Part shown: positions 11,315 through 23,830 of the stretch, in pieces | How positions within the stretch are numbered: position 1 is the stretch's first letter | Layout of the letters: every line of letters begins with the position of its first letter | From: Cladosporium halotolerans | Taxonomy: Eukaryota | NCBI RefSeq assembly: GCF_011745625.1 | Contig: NW_027191466.1 | Location: 186,001-250,000 of the forward strand | DNA: 64,000 bases | Direction of reading: 5' to 3' | The notes under the pieces: generated by a model | Seen by the model: the letters and a program-made list of their open reading frames with translations, nothing else | Database searches by the model: none | What the model was told of the DNA's origin: nothing | Position numbers and translations under genes: made by a program

Positions 11315-12757
11315 TCAAACTATTTTTGCCAATTTTCCAATGCAGGCGACTCCACCTAAAGTCACGCTCAATCCTGTGAACAGAATGACAGCACCATATC
11401 GAGTGCCGTAAGCGAAATCAGCGTCTTGAAAAGGCGCCACCTCAAGCAACTTCTCGCTGATAGGTCCAGAAACAACTGAACCGACTCCCTTACTCACACA
11501 AAGCAACGATATGACCATTCCAGTATCGACATGGTGTCCCGATTTCCTGATGGCAGCGGCGCAGCCAGCCCAGTTGCCAGCGAACCCGCCGCCGGTGAGG
11601 CCCCACAGTATTACAAAGACGTAGAGCATTGCGGGAGATGTAGTAAGGCCCCAGCAGACGAACACTGCTAGCATTGAGCCAAGCGTCGCAACGCAAATTG
11701 CTACTGTGACGTGGTACCGGTCGACAATGATACCTTGTGATATGTAGCCGCCGCAGGCTGCGATGTTCAGCAAGCACAGGGCGAGTGGCCCTGCGATGGC
11801 GGGCATACCGGCCTCTCGGGCGAAAGACGGCAGCCACAGCTGTGGCAGAAAGTATGCTATCGACTGCATCATGTTGCCAAAGGAATAGATCCAGAAAGGC
11901 GCTAACTTCATGAAAGCCAGATTCAAAGGACGTAAGGCACTGGAACCAGATAATGGTAGGCGATTTCTCATGACGAGTATCGATGGCAGGGCAAGGACGG
12001 CCTGTAATAGACATCAGCTAGCGAATATGGCACATTGTAGAATGTCGACTTACTATCACCACAGCCCAGACCCTCAAAGCGGTTCGAAAACCATAAGTGT
12101 CCAGTAGCCACTGCGAGACGAATGGAAACACAGCGCCTCCGAATCCAGTGCCGGTCCAAATCACAGCAAAAGCAAGTCCCTTTCTAGCAATGAACCACTC
12201 ATCAATCACATACATGGCCGGGAAGTACAATGTCAACCCCCCAATGGCAAACAAGATGCCCTGCGTCGCCAACAGAGCGCCTGTAGTGCTGGTGAATGAT
12301 GCGGCGACCAGCCCACTTACAAGAATGACAAGGCCAGCGAAGTTTGCAAGACGCCGCTGCCGTGGGTAACGCTGCACTAGAACAGCCACGAAAGGCGAGG
12401 CAATGAACATGATGCCACTTGCTGTTGTTGATATAGCCGCAACACCGGATCGCTGAGAGTTGAAAGGCCCATGGGTAGAATAGTAATTTTGGAAAACGCC
12501 AAAGGAATATGGGAATCTGGAAAGTAACGTTAACATAATACTGATTGGACGGGTTCGCTATCTCACCCCCAAACGAGCGCTTCCAGCACAAAGCAGCCAG
12601 CTAATACAAGCCATGCGTCTTTGCCACCGTCTACGCGAGGTAAGGCTTGAGTGTCTTCAAGCCCTTCCTCGACCTGCATAGGATGGGCGAAGGCTGTTGA
12701 TGAGCTGTGAATCCCCTCATCATCAGCAATAGAAACAGGACGTGACGGTTGCACCAT
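11315..12757 (-). CDS. MFS monocarboxylate-porter-like (Mch) transporter; exons 12757-12567, 12516-12054, 12001-11315
   Basis: LPRVDGGKDAWLVLAGCFVLEALVWG|FPYSFGVFQNYY, DEWFIARKGLA, YGFRTALRVW. Two canonical introns. Confidence 0.9.
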
Positions 12758-13312
12758 GGCCAGAGTCAGTTAGCGAGGCAGCTGATGTGAAGATAAACTC
12801 CATGATGGAGAAGGGTCCGTCGTTATAAGCCATCCGATTCTGACTCATGTCAGCCTGGCTTGCCCTAATGCTGCCACGCCACCCGGGAGGACGGAATAAT
12901 GTTAATGCACTGGATTCCGTATCCAAAACGAGCGAGCCAAGTATTGTTTGACAACATGATGATGATTGCAACTCACGCCCTTTGCTTGCTTCACGCCCTA
13001 CAGCATGTAAAGCCAAGGTCATGGGCAGGCGGGAGAGCTGATTAGCTGAGCTATGAGCTCTCATCCCAGAACACCACAGAAGAGGCCAGTAGTTTTGAGT
13101 GAACCCACCCTCAGGCATCTCTGAAAGTGTAGCAACACAAGAGATCTTACAATGTATCTCGTGATATGATAGGTCGTCAAGAGTATCCTGAATCGCTCAA
13201 AAGCAAGCCCGAAATATCCATGACCATGCCAATCGAACATTCATACTCGTAAGTGTACCAGAATGTCGTTATCATCTCATTCGATAGCAGCAAACGCCCA
13301 ATATGCTCCGAT

Positions 13313-13724
13313 CTACTTGTACTTGGCGACCAGCTTCTTGACAGCCTCGACGTACTTCTTCTGAGCCTCCTCGGGCTTCATGTCCTTGACCTTGGCCCAC
13401 TCGTTGTACTTGGCCTTGCCCTGCAGAAGAAATAAGACGTCAGCAAGCCGTGTCGGGGTATATTACTCAAGGGAAAGTAAAACGTACAGCCATGTCGAAC
13501 ATGCCGGGCTTGGGAGCATCCTCATACTTGACCTCCTGGGTGCCCTGCTTGAAAAGAGCGTAGATCTAGGGAGACAAACGAGACAGTCAGCGGAGCTCGA
13601 GCGTGTTATACCCATTTCAAAGACTAAGTCTTACCTCCAAGAGCTCGTCGTTGCTGGGCTTCTTGGTGAGGGAGCGGCTGTCCTCAACGGCCTTCTTGAA
13701 CTCGGCGGACTGGGCGGCAGGCAT
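13313..13724 (-). CDS. ACB1: Acyl-CoA-binding protein; exons 13724-13635, 13565-13488, 13420-13313
   Basis: Spliced 91 aa: MPAAQSAEFKKAVEDSRSLTKKPSNDELLE-IYALFKQGTQ...KPGMFDMA-GKAKYNEW...YVEAVKKLVAKYK, the classic ACBP signature. Confidence 0.95.
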
Positions 13725-14220
13725 CTTGATCGGACTAAGTGGGTGTTCGAGAGTTATGGCGGTATTTGCGAAGTAGTCTGAAGTCGGTTCGGTGTTTGTT
13801 GGGAGGGTGTTGCAGGGGGCAGAGGAAAGTGGGATGCCAGCGACGTAATGCGTCTCTTCCAAGGGCAAGCTTCCAGGCGCCGCGGGGCTCTGTCTTCAGG
13901 GCCTTGACGCCTTAGGCACGAATGCATTCTGCAGACGTCTACCTTACCATCCACGCCATCTTCCTTGCGATTCACGTGACACGTGGGGGCAATAAGACGG
14001 TTGGCAGAGGCTGAAATCAATCTTTGAGCTGAGACTCAAATGGAAGAAAGGGAAAGCTGCAAAGGAACTCTTTAATTACCATATCTCTGCGTACAGTCAA
14101 CCGCATCACGTTTCCAAATCATCGAAATCCAGACCGACAAAGCGCCACTGCGCGACTATTGACAATTATGCCACCAGTAATTGGCGCTGAGGCCCTTGCA
14201 AGATATCCTCATCAAGCTAT

Positions 14221-15433
14221 TCAAGCGCTGTACTGTGCCCTCTCCCTCTCCTTCGCCTTCTGGGAAGCACCCTTGATGATACCGGAGAGGTCGCCAACTG
14301 CGACATTACATTAGCATCTGACAACAACGAGCAATGACATTGCTCAACATACCAGGTAGCTGGAATGGGAAGTCCAGAGAAGCGAGCAAGATGGCGAAGA
14401 ATATCCACCACCCACACATGTCCGAGACGAACGTCAACGCTCCCGCCGCAACGGTCAAAGTCGTTGCAATCTCCGTGTTGCCGAGGGCAAGGTGCCAGTA
14501 AGCGCCGGCGAGGCAAGCGAAAGCGGGGACGAGGGTCAGAAAGATGATAAAGAAGACGACATTGGTGCGGAGGGAGCAGATCAGGTAGATGACGCAGAGA
14601 ACACCCATCCATAGCTGGAAGAAAGCTGCGGTCAAAGTCAGTTGCTGCTGTTGAGTTTGACTATTCGAACGAGCTTACCGAATGTCGCGTTGAAAGCCGG
14701 TGCCGTCAAGCCTTCTCCAGGGTTGCTCAATGGGTCTGAGGAATAAGCGCCGTAGGCGTTCCAGAACGGAGTCAAGGTGCAGGCGAAAGCAATCCAGAAC
14801 GCACCGAAAGTACCGAAGACGACGAACGGAAAAGTGTTGCCGATAATCCACTAATACTTGTTAGAATCACAGAAAGAAGGGAAACATTCGGGCGTGAGCA
14901 AGCTTACTTCACCAACGGAGCCGAGAATCATGAGAACGCCGCCAAAGCCGACGTAGACACCGACGTTAGCAGCACCGCTGCCACCAGCACCACGCCAGCC
15001 CATCAGAGTGCAAGAGAGAGGAGTCAAAGATAGAATGAAGCCGGAAAGCGCCCTAAGGGAAGTCAGTTCATCCCCCATGACCTTTGAAATGGTCGCTGTC
15101 TTACAGAGGAGTAGGGTTGCCAAAAGTCTTTCGGAGTTCACCAGCGACACGGTTATGGGGCTGAAGATAGATCTTCTCGAACAGCTCTGGGGAGATGGAC
15201 AGGCTGCCCGTGGTTCGGATGCGGTTCAATGCATGTTCAGGATCCATGTCCTTGTCGAGATGACTGTGGTATTCTTGCCTACGCGTTAGTTTACAGCTCC
15301 ATATCAAGCGACCGGACGATCAAGTACCGTTGTGCCCGTTGCTGAAGTCTTTCTCGAGAGGTGCGTCGGAACCTCTGTGGACTCCAGCAGTAAGGTTCGC
15401 GTTCTCTTGGGTCGCTTGGTATGTATCCGACAT
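14221..15433 (-). CDS. GPR1/FUN34/YaaH (AlcS-like) acetate-uptake family membrane protein; six exons 15433-15328, 15273-15105, 15052-14908, 14850-14679, 14625-14353, 14297-14221
   Basis: ISPELFEKIYLQP..GELRKTFGNPTPL-ALSGF, GEWIIGNTFPFVVFGTFGAFW, CSLRTNVVFF, FPFQLPVGDLS. Five introns; the first needs the distal AAG acceptor, otherwise the start is the Met near 15248. Confidence 0.9.
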
Positions 15434-16222
15434 CGAAGCTGGCTTATCCGAGTCTCAAGGCAATTGAAGAAGCTTGAGGGAGATGAAACGTGCAAGGGGA
15501 GGGCGAAGTCACAGAAAGATCTTACGACTCACGATTGGCAAGGCCGAAGATGAAAGCAAGCAGCGGCGAACCCCTACCTTATGAAGACGACCCTCTACGA
15601 AGCATAGCTCGCGGCTCCGCACTTGTGCATCTTGGGTCTAGACGATCTTACCACTCAGACATCAAATACAGATGCGGTGGACCGGCTGGAACGGAGACGC
15701 GGCGCCAAACCTATGCCCCCATTCGAAACCCTCCCTCCTCAATCTCCGCTCGAACGCTGTGTCAAAGATTCATCGTGACATGCGACGGCCACCGAGGCTG
15801 GTGAGCTATCCCAAAGAAGCCTGGTGCCCGCGAAGCGACTCCTATGCGTAGCTGGTCGGCGCAGAAGCGAGCCGCGTCTTCACCGAATCTGCAAAATGCC
15901 ATTCTTTTGTGCCTGTTCTGATGGTGCGGTAAGGTGACACGGCATCTTGCCATTGACTACCAACACCGGACACTCGCCTGGGCATGCGCAGTCAATGGCA
16001 TATCGCAAGGCAGTACCTCAGTGCAGCTGTATAGCTCAGGTAGCTGCAAAACTTAGGAGGAATCTCGGACAGTGGCTCTCCCATCCACACTCCGGTATAC
16101 ACACACACCATTCCCGCCCAGACAACAGAAGCCGGGCATACGGAAGGATTGCACTCCGGCCCAAGCACTCCCAGAGCATGTCTCACTGGTGCCAGAATAG
16201 CCTTTGTGGCGGTCGATCGTTT

Positions 16223-16248
16223 GCGGGGTGAGGTCTGGGGATGCGGAG
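16223..16248. promoter_or_regulatory. Three closely spaced CreA/Mig1-type SYGGRG sites upstream of the AlcS-like gene
   Basis: GCGGGG 16223-16228, CTGGGG 16235-16240 and GCGGAG 16243-16248, about 800 bp upstream of ATG 15433. Confidence 0.35.
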
Positions 16249-17098
16249 AAGTGGTCCATGGACAAGACGTCAAGGGACGGGAACAGAGCATGCCGGGTTG
16301 CAAGTATTACTTTTAACCTTCGCCTTAGCAGAACGATCCTCAATCACCTTCCAAATACTGTGCTAGACGGTCTTTCGCTCTAGAATTCGAGCTGAACCTT
16401 GCGTCTTTTCGTGCTCGAGGAAAACCGAGAAATATCGCCCGTGAAAGCATTCCGGTAGACTGCATCTGATGGCGCTTCATGCCTCCAATGAGATGACACC
16501 GTCTGACCGGGTTCCTCTCAACCCATTGCGCCGGCCCAAGCGGATCTTGGAAACGCGGCGAGGAGATGAGACTGCCGCGCATCAGTGATGCGTTTATTCC
16601 CGTGCGCCTAGCTCCAGGGTGTTCAGCAAATGGGGTTGGTCCGCTTTCAAGGGTGGCGTCCCGCCGCCAGATTACTCCTCTTTCGGTCGCAACACGAGAC
16701 ACGCCGATTCAGGCGTCCGCGCATTGTTGTGTCTTGTGAGCGGACGCCCGAAGTATACTTGCATTGGTAAGGCACTCGACGGAGGTAGCGGTGTTTGTGA
16801 AGTGTCAAGTCAATGTTCGAAAGTTCGGCGAGGGACCGATCGCTTTGATCCTTGAGCTTGGCGCTCTTAGGGCCGGCTTTGGGTTTGGCCCCCAGCAGCT
16901 TTGGTATACCCTCGAGAAACTTCCGTGTTGACGGCCTCTCGAGGATTTGGGTTGATATGTTTAAGACATGATATGTACGCATGCTATCTCCCATTATATT
17001 CGAAATACATGTTTCTTTTTTAATCATTGAGACCAAGTCTTTACCAGATGCCTTGCGCGCTTGTTCATGCCATACTTAGAATGCTGCAGATGCCCGTT

Positions 17099-18259
17099 CT
17101 AATCAAACTTCGCGAAAGCAAGCTCATAAGCCAGCCCAAGCGTGAGACGCGCGTGTTGCAGCATATGCTTGAAGTCGAGATATTCAACCTTGTCATCCGT
17201 AGTGTGAATCTTCTTGTCGCTGTACTTGAAGTCCGACTCAATCACAAACGCAGACGGGTAGCCATGCTTGCTGGCACTAGCGTGGTCAGAACATGCGTAA
17301 CCACACTTCGTCTCGACGTAAGGGATCGTGCAGTACGTGCTGACGACCTCCTTGATGAAGGTGGTGAGTCCTGGGTCGACAAAGTCCGTGATGACACCTA
17401 CGCTCTCTGGCTCGCCTGCGGCGATCGTAGCGTGCGTGTACCCGGTCATGTCCTGCTGTAGCATAGCCTTGACATCGCGACCTTGCTTCTCATATGCGCT
17501 GAAGATCGCCTGGCTTCCCAGCAGGCCGCCCTCCTCGGCACTGTACCAGTGGAACTCAACAGTGTTCTCGGCCTTGCCGTGTAGGATGTCTTTGTCTTGC
17601 AAGAGAACACGGAGGGCTTCCAAGATAGTAACAGTGCCAGAGCCATCGTCATCCGCACCTGGAGCAGCCAGGATGGACGGCAAGAAGAGGTTGATGCTGT
17701 CCTGATGTGCGCCAATGACCACAGTCTTCTCACTCTTGCCCGGCAGCGTGGCGATGATGCTGTTCTGGCCCCATTCGTGCTCGAAGAAGTGAGCGACGCC
17801 CGCGCCGGCATGCGCCAGTGTCTTGTTGACCTGGTCAAACAGCCACTCGGATGACTGTCTGCCGTAGTCCGATTTGTAATAGCGGGTGTGGAAAGAAGTG
17901 AACTTCTCAAGGTGCTTCCGCATGTTCTTCGCATCCAGCTCTTTCAACAACGGCGAAACGGTCTCGTTGAATGCCGGCTTCTTAGGGTAGTGGACGTTTG
18001 CCTGGGTGCGGATCGAAGCGTCACGCTCTGGCAGGCCGGTGATGTCGAAGAAGCTCTTGCCCTCTCTCCTGAGCTGCCATTTCTCATCTTCAGTAACAAG
18101 TCTGGTGTCGCCAGGTGCAAGCTCGATCAAGAACTTCTCCGCCTCAACGATAGGCTGTTGGCCCTTGAGCCAGTCGACACCAGTCTGCAGATTGGCTGGA
18201 AGGTAGATGGCCTGAGCGAGCGAGGCACCGAGGCCTGCAGCAATCAATGAAGATCTCAT
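17099..18259 (-). CDS. LAP1: Secreted leucine aminopeptidase 1 (peptidase M28)
   Basis: Signal peptide [63 protein letters not shown]. Intronless. Confidence 0.95.
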   Translation of the reverse strand: MRSSLIAAGLGASLAQAIYLPANLQTGVDWLKGQQPIVEAEKFLIELAPGDTRLVTEDEKWQLRREGKSFFDITGLPERDASIRTQANVHYPKKPAFNETVSPLLKELDAKNMRKHLEKFTSFHTRYYKSDYGRQSSEWLFDQVNKTLAHAGAGVAHFFEHEWGQNSIIATLPGKSEKTVVIGAHQDSINLFLPSILAAPGADDDGSGTVTILEALRVLLQDKDILHGKAENTVEFHWYSAEEGGLLGSQAIFSAYEKQGRDVKAMLQQDMTGYTHATIAAGEPESVGVITDFVDPGLTTFIKEVVSTYCTIPYVETKCGYACSDHASASKHGYPSAFVIESDFKYSDKKIHTTDDKVEYLDFKHMLQHARLTLGLAYELAFAKFD

Positions 18260-18503
18260 TCTGTTCAGTATGCGTGGTGATTCCACCTCTGAGGCAGATG
18301 TAGGGCAGAAGCTTTAGCTATGAGGCGCGTTCCTCGTGTGCACCTCGCGTCTGGTTGCCCGGCAGCAGCTATCTCTCGAGCTCGCCAGATCAGCCGAGCA
18401 CGCCGAGGTGGCGTCATCATCGTCGGCCGCGTTTCCCCGAGTGACGCGGGTGCCTCAGGCCTAAGATCGCACGACTCCAGGTTGCCGAACGTCGCAGCTC
18501 GCT

Positions 18504-18513
18504 CCGATCGCGG
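18504..18513. promoter_or_regulatory. Candidate Leu3/LeuB site CCGATCGCGG in the LAP1-LEU1 divergent promoter
   Basis: Matches CCG-N4-CGG. A TGACTC (Gcn4/CpcA-like) element lies at 18633-18638. Confidence 0.5.
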
Positions 18514-18830
18514 CGGCGCTGGGGCGGTGTCTGGGCGATCGCTGCACGAGGGGCCGAGTGGGCAACAAATGAGAGCACGCTCATTTGACGTCTTAGTCAA
18601 GCTCCCGACATCGCCGACATCGCTGGTGGGGGTGACTCTGGGAAAGTATTCAAGGCTGGAGCGTTGTGTCGTGAGACGGACGTAGCTGGATTCTCCTCTC
18701 CATTTCTGCCTCTATTTCGTCCATTGCTCATAAAGAAGTTCGTCCGCTTCTTCCACTGTATATTATCCGTCACAGAAAGGAACCTACCCCCAAACGCCTC
18801 TCGGCAGAGCAGAGAAAACCCACCACCAAC

Positions 18831-21164
18831 ATGCCTGGCGTTGTTAAGGGCCCCCAGACCCTGTACGACAAGGTCTTCAACGATCACGTTGTCCACGAGC
18901 AGGAGGGCGGCACTTGTGTGCTGTACATCGACCGCCACCTCGTCCACGAGGTGACCTCTCCCCAAGCCTTCGAGGGCCTCCGCAATGCTGGCCGCAAGGT
19001 CCGCCGACCCGATAACACCCTCGTCACCACCGACCACAATGTTCCCACCTCCACAAGGAAAAACTTCAAGAACGTGAGCGATTTTGTCAAAGAGGATGAC
19101 AGCAGGACCCAGTGCGAGACTCTCGAGCAGAATGTCAAGGACTTCAAGCTCACATACTTTGGTCTGGGCGACAAGAGGCAGGGCATTGTGCACATTATCG
19201 GCCCCGAGCAGGGCTTCACTCTGCCCGGTACCACAGTGGTCTGCGGTGACAGCCATACCAGTACCCATGGTGCTTTCGGCGCCCTGGCTTTCGGTATCGG
19301 CACATCTGAGGTCGAGCACGTGCTCGCCACGCAAACTCTGCTATCAAGCAAGAGCAAGAACATGAGAGTCCAAGTGGACGGCGAGCTTGCACCTGGCGTG
19401 TCCAGCAAAGATATCGTCCTCTACGTAATTGGAAAGATTGGTACTGCTGGTGGCACTGGCCACGTTATTGAGTTCTGCGGCAGCGCCATCCGCAGCCTGA
19501 GCATGGAGGCTAGAATGTCAATTTGCAACATGTCGATCGAGGGTGGCGCGCGTGCTGGCATGGTCGCGCCTGACGAGATCACATTCGAATACCTCAAGGG
19601 CAAGCCTCTCGCACCCAAGGTCGACTCCCCGGAGTGGAACAAGGCCATTAAGTATTGGAGCAGCCTCCGCACCGACGAGGGCGCGAAGTTCGACGTCGAC
19701 ATCTTCATCGACGCCAAGGATATTGAGCCTACCGTCTCGTGGGGCACCTCTCCTCAGGATGTCATCGGCATTACTGGTGTCGTTCCTGGCCCTGACGATT
19801 TCGATGATGACAACAAGAAGAAGGCATGCGAACGCGCTCTCACTTACATGGGGCTTACCGCTGGCACAAAAATGACCGACATTGTGCTCGACAAGGTCTT
19901 TATCGGCTCTTGCACCAACGCTCGTATCGAAGACCTGAGAATTGCAGCACACATTGTGAAGGGCAAGAAGGCCGCGCCTAACCTCAAGCGCGTGATGATC
20001 GTGCCTGGTTCTGGGCTCGTGAAGAAGCAGGCTGAGTCCGAGGGTCTTGACAAAATTTTCGAGGACGCTGGTTTTGAGTGGAGAGAAGCTGGTTGCTCCA
20101 TGTGCCTGGGTATGAACCCCGATATCCTTTCACCAGGCGAGCGTTGCGCCAGCACGTCAAACCGCAACTTTGAAGGTCGCCAGGGCGCTGGTGGACGCAC
20201 ACACCTGATGTCCCCTGCCATGGCTGCGGCTGCTGCACTTTCTGGCAAGCTCGCGGATGTCAGGGATCTTGCCGGTTACGAGCAGGCTCTGCCTTCTGCT
20301 AAGAGCGCATCGAACCGCATCGAGTCGCCGACTAGCCAGCTTGACGAGCCCGAGTCTGACGTTGATCTCGACAACGTTCTCGACCTTCCTGAGCAGGGCC
20401 AGGGTAACACAGTCAAGAGTTCTGCACCCTCTAGCAGCGGCTCCGGTCTGCCCAAGTTCACTCAGCTCAAGGGTGTTGCCGCCCCACTGGACCGTTCGAA
20501 CGTCGACACCGACGCCATCATCCCCAAACAGTTCCTCAAGACCATCAAGCGCTCTGGTCTCTCCGCCGGTCTCTTCCACGCCTGGCGGTTCAACGAGGAC
20601 GGCACCAAGAACGCCGACTTCGTCCTCAACAAGGAACCCTACACCAACTCAAAAATCCTCGTGGTCTCCGGCCCCAACTTCGGCTGCGGTAGCAGTCGTG
20701 AGCACGCCCCTTGGGCCCTGCTCGACTTCGGCATCAAGTGTATCATCGCCAGCTCCTTTGGCGACATCTTCTTCAACAACACCTTCAAGAACGGCATGCT
20801 GCCCCTCAGAGTCGCCGACGAGGCGAAGCTACGCAAGATCTACGGCGAAGCCGAGGCCGGCCGCGAGCTCGAGGTCGACCTGGAGAACAACGTTGTCAAG
20901 GACGCGCAGGGCAACGTTCTCGCGGACTTCGAGGTTGACGGCTTCAAAAAGCACTGCCTGGTCAACGGCCTCGATGAGATCGGTCTGACCATGCAGAAGG
21001 ACGACTACATTACCAAGTTCGAGCGCAGGCGTACGGAAGAGACCCCTTGGCTGGACGGCAGCGGATATCTGTCGCGTCACCGCACCGGACCCGTCAAGGT
21101 GGATGCTGCGCCTGTGCCCAAAACCAACCGCGGCGAGGAGAAGGCCGAGCCGCTGGAGTGGTAA
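18831..21164 (+). CDS. LEU1: 3-isopropylmalate dehydratase (fused large and small subunits)
   Basis: [79 protein letters not shown]. Intronless, 777 aa. Confidence 0.98.
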   Translation: MPGVVKGPQTLYDKVFNDHVVHEQEGGTCVLYIDRHLVHEVTSPQAFEGLRNAGRKVRRPDNTLVTTDHNVPTSTRKNFKNVSDFVKEDDSRTQCETLEQNVKDFKLTYFGLGDKRQGIVHIIGPEQGFTLPGTTVVCGDSHTSTHGAFGALAFGIGTSEVEHVLATQTLLSSKSKNMRVQVDGELAPGVSSKDIVLYVIGKIGTAGGTGHVIEFCGSAIRSLSMEARMSICNMSIEGGARAGMVAPDEITFEYLKGKPLAPKVDSPEWNKAIKYWSSLRTDEGAKFDVDIFIDAKDIEPTVSWGTSPQDVIGITGVVPGPDDFDDDNKKKACERALTYMGLTAGTKMTDIVLDKVFIGSCTNARIEDLRIAAHIVKGKKAAPNLKRVMIVPGSGLVKKQAESEGLDKIFEDAGFEWREAGCSMCLGMNPDILSPGERCASTSNRNFEGRQGAGGRTHLMSPAMAAAAALSGKLADVRDLAGYEQALPSAKSASNRIESPTSQLDEPESDVDLDNVLDLPEQGQGNTVKSSAPSSSGSGLPKFTQLKGVAAPLDRSNVDTDAIIPKQFLKTIKRSGLSAGLFHAWRFNEDGTKNADFVLNKEPYTNSKILVVSGPNFGCGSSREHAPWALLDFGIKCIIASSFGDIFFNNTFKNGMLPLRVADEAKLRKIYGEAEAGRELEVDLENNVVKDAQGNVLADFEVDGFKKHCLVNGLDEIGLTMQKDDYITKFERRRTEETPWLDGSGYLSRHRTGPVKVDAAPVPKTNRGEEKAEPLEW

Positions 21165-22466
21165 ATGGAGGAACGGGATTGGAGGAATTCAGCGAAATAG
21201 GAAAAGCGAAAGATTGGGAGATACCTACGTGCACATGTCTTAATCATGAAACGAATTTCAGTTGCAATGAATCTACTCGAATATCTACAATACCAGTTCT
21301 TTGTCAACTAGGGTCAGACCACATGTTGACTGCAACGAGGCCTTGGCTTTGAGGTTATGCTGTGTGTATCAGGGGTTACATGTGCGTCAACCACCCCTTC
21401 TCCGAGCGTTTGCAGGGTAAATGCTCTCCCATCGTATAGCTAGTCCTGAATGTCTAGGGCGGAGTATAGCAGCCTACGGGGCTTCGTAGGCTAGGTAACA
21501 TCGTTATAAGTAGAGACTCTACAAGGCCTCCTTGGTCCATTTCCACTCAGGAGCGACCGTGATGACTCGCGAAAGAGCATCCTGACAATTCCGCCGACGT
21601 TCGCAGAATTGATGGCGGGTCGTCCACATGGTATGTTATACGGGTACAAGTTCGGTGCAATGTCCCGTCAGTGGCAGTGAGTAGGGACATGAGTTCCTGC
21701 AGACCAAACTGTAAAGAAACGTACCAAAGCCTCCCGATGTGTCGAAATAGCAGGTCAAGAAGTCATACGTCATGAGCTGTGATCTGCTTGTACATCATGC
21801 ACTCCCTGACCATAATCGATAACGGATATCACGCCTGTTTCGAATCATGCATATCGTGTGGTGCACGGCAGAAAACTCAAAATCTTGCCAGCCACCTCCT
21901 CCGGGCACAAACGGCGCATGGCAACGGTGCGTCAGGCGGTCTGCACCTTGCCCGCTGTTGAGAAAACTGCAGGTGAAGACTCGTATCTCAGCCGCGCCAT
22001 GCCAGGATTAAATCCAAGCGACGGGTCATCACACGAAACACAACCCCGGGATCACCACGGAGCCGCGCAGGATGCGGCCGGCAGTGGCGTCAGATATGCC
22101 AGGAACCCAAGCCCTAAAGAAACTAAAAATTGCCAGTGTCCGCGGGCCTGTTGATCAGTTGGGGAAATGCATGCACGTCCATTCACGCTCAAGCCGCGTT
22201 CTCAGGACGCCGGTGGTGTCCCTGCGCTGCTACCTTTTCCTTCTGCATGTCTCGCTTCTCTGCGGGAGCTGGAGAATCTTTCGCGTAGAGCGCGTTACCG
22301 TCTTGACTGCATCTACAGCTTAGCTTTGACCTCGCGTTCAGTTTCTTAATCATCTGCTTTGGAATACTTTTCTGTCGTTCTTGCATTGCCTGTACTGTAC
22401 AGAGATCGAATTGCTTACTGCCTCTTCACCGTCTTTGAGATTCGGACACATTCTTTCAAAGGCGAC

Positions 22467-23498
22467 ATGAGGGCTTTCACGGCCGCGTCTCTAATGGCTG
22501 GCATTGCTTATGCCCTGCCGCAGTCTTGCCAGACGACTACCAAGCAAGTCATCGTACCGACTAGCACCGCGACTTACTATTCGACGCATGTCGAAACGGT
22601 CCAAGCAACGACTGCCCAAGATCTTGGTACTTTCACCGAGATCGTTCGCCAAAGCTCGACAAAGACGCTTCAGACTCTGACGAGTACCGAGATTGATTGC
22701 ACGGCCAGTGGCATGGTGTAAGTTTTCTGGTATGACATCGTCCCCAAGCCGACTGAGCTAACGCGAGATATCAGTGCCTCTCAGCCAACTACCACCATTT
22801 ACACGTCCGCTGGCGACACCAACGGTTCTTCTTCGCAGTCCCCCACTGCATCCGCAGCGTTAGGGAACCAAGACAAGAGCCTACACTCTCGTCGAGACGC
22901 AGAGTGCACAGTGACTAAGACATCCACGACCACTTACGGCCAGACTTACACCTTTGTGCCGGCCGACGCAACCAGCACGTACACCCGCTTCACGGCATTT
23001 ACGCAAGCAACTGTGACAAGCACTTCTACCGGCGGAACAGCATATGCCATCGCCACGGCGCTGGCCACCGCACCTGACCATTGTGGCAGGAATTCGACAT
23101 CCACATCCACCACCACGCAAGACGCCCGTTGTGCTCCTTCAGCTCTCATCTCCGCCGCCGGGGCGTCAGAGACATCGGAGCAGTTCGGCCTGTCGTACTC
23201 GCAAAGGACGTCCTCCGGTGCGACATACAGTACCAACACAACCGACGCGTCGTCCTGCTGCCAGCAGTGCGTTGAAGCGGAAGGCTGCGCCGCCAGCGCC
23301 TGGGACATCAGGAACGGCGCGTGCAAACTTGAGTTCCCTGTCAAGTTCGACAGCGGAGAGATGAGCTGCGGACTCGGGCTGCAGGCGTATTACAACGCTG
23401 GGCCGAATCACCCAATGGAGCGAGGTGCTGGACTCTTCGTGGCTAGGGGCTGTGGAAGCGTGGCTTTTGCGAACGCGAAGCCTGATGACGGCACTTAA
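22467..23498 (+). CDS. Secreted Ser/Thr-rich protein with Cys-rich C-terminal PAN/apple-like module; exons 22467-22717, 22775-23498
   Basis: Signal peptide MRAFTAASLMAGIAYA, Thr-rich stalk, dibasic SRRD, and SSCCQQCVEAEGCAASAW..GACKL. Intron GTAAGT..GCTAAC..CAG keeps frame. Confidence 0.8.
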
Positions 23499-23830
23499 GT
23501 GTCCGAGCTGTGAGGGCGTCCTAAGAGCGGGCCCTAGGTGATGGATTCATTGCATTTCGTATTGTAATATAGAAGTCTTGTAATCTTTCGATGTCTTGAT
23601 ACAGTTGCAGTCTCTCCAGGGTTGGCCGAGTACGCAGGTTGGAGGCGCGGGTGCTTAGGAGACCCTAGTGCATTCCACGCATTCGTAGGCCTACATAATT
23701 TTAAACCTGAAGTAAAGGGTAATACTTGATCACATGGCTTAGATGAGCGTGATAATTAGCTTGCAATTATTTCAAGACGTTTGAAGTAACAGGTGCTACC
23801 CTCGCTTCGTTCGAAGGAGAAGTAGTAATT

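Noticed and set aside
18884..21080. Many antisense and alternate-frame ORFs within LEU1 (likewise in FOX2, LAP1, LTA4H, SET3)
   Set aside because: Expected shadows of GC3-biased coding sequence; no recognisable motifs.
21430..21530. TAG/CTA-rich patch with inverted repeat AGCCTACG..CGTAGGCT (21471-21492), possible RIP or MITE relic
   Set aside because: Only an 8-bp stem; no terminal repeats, target-site duplication or AT-rich block.
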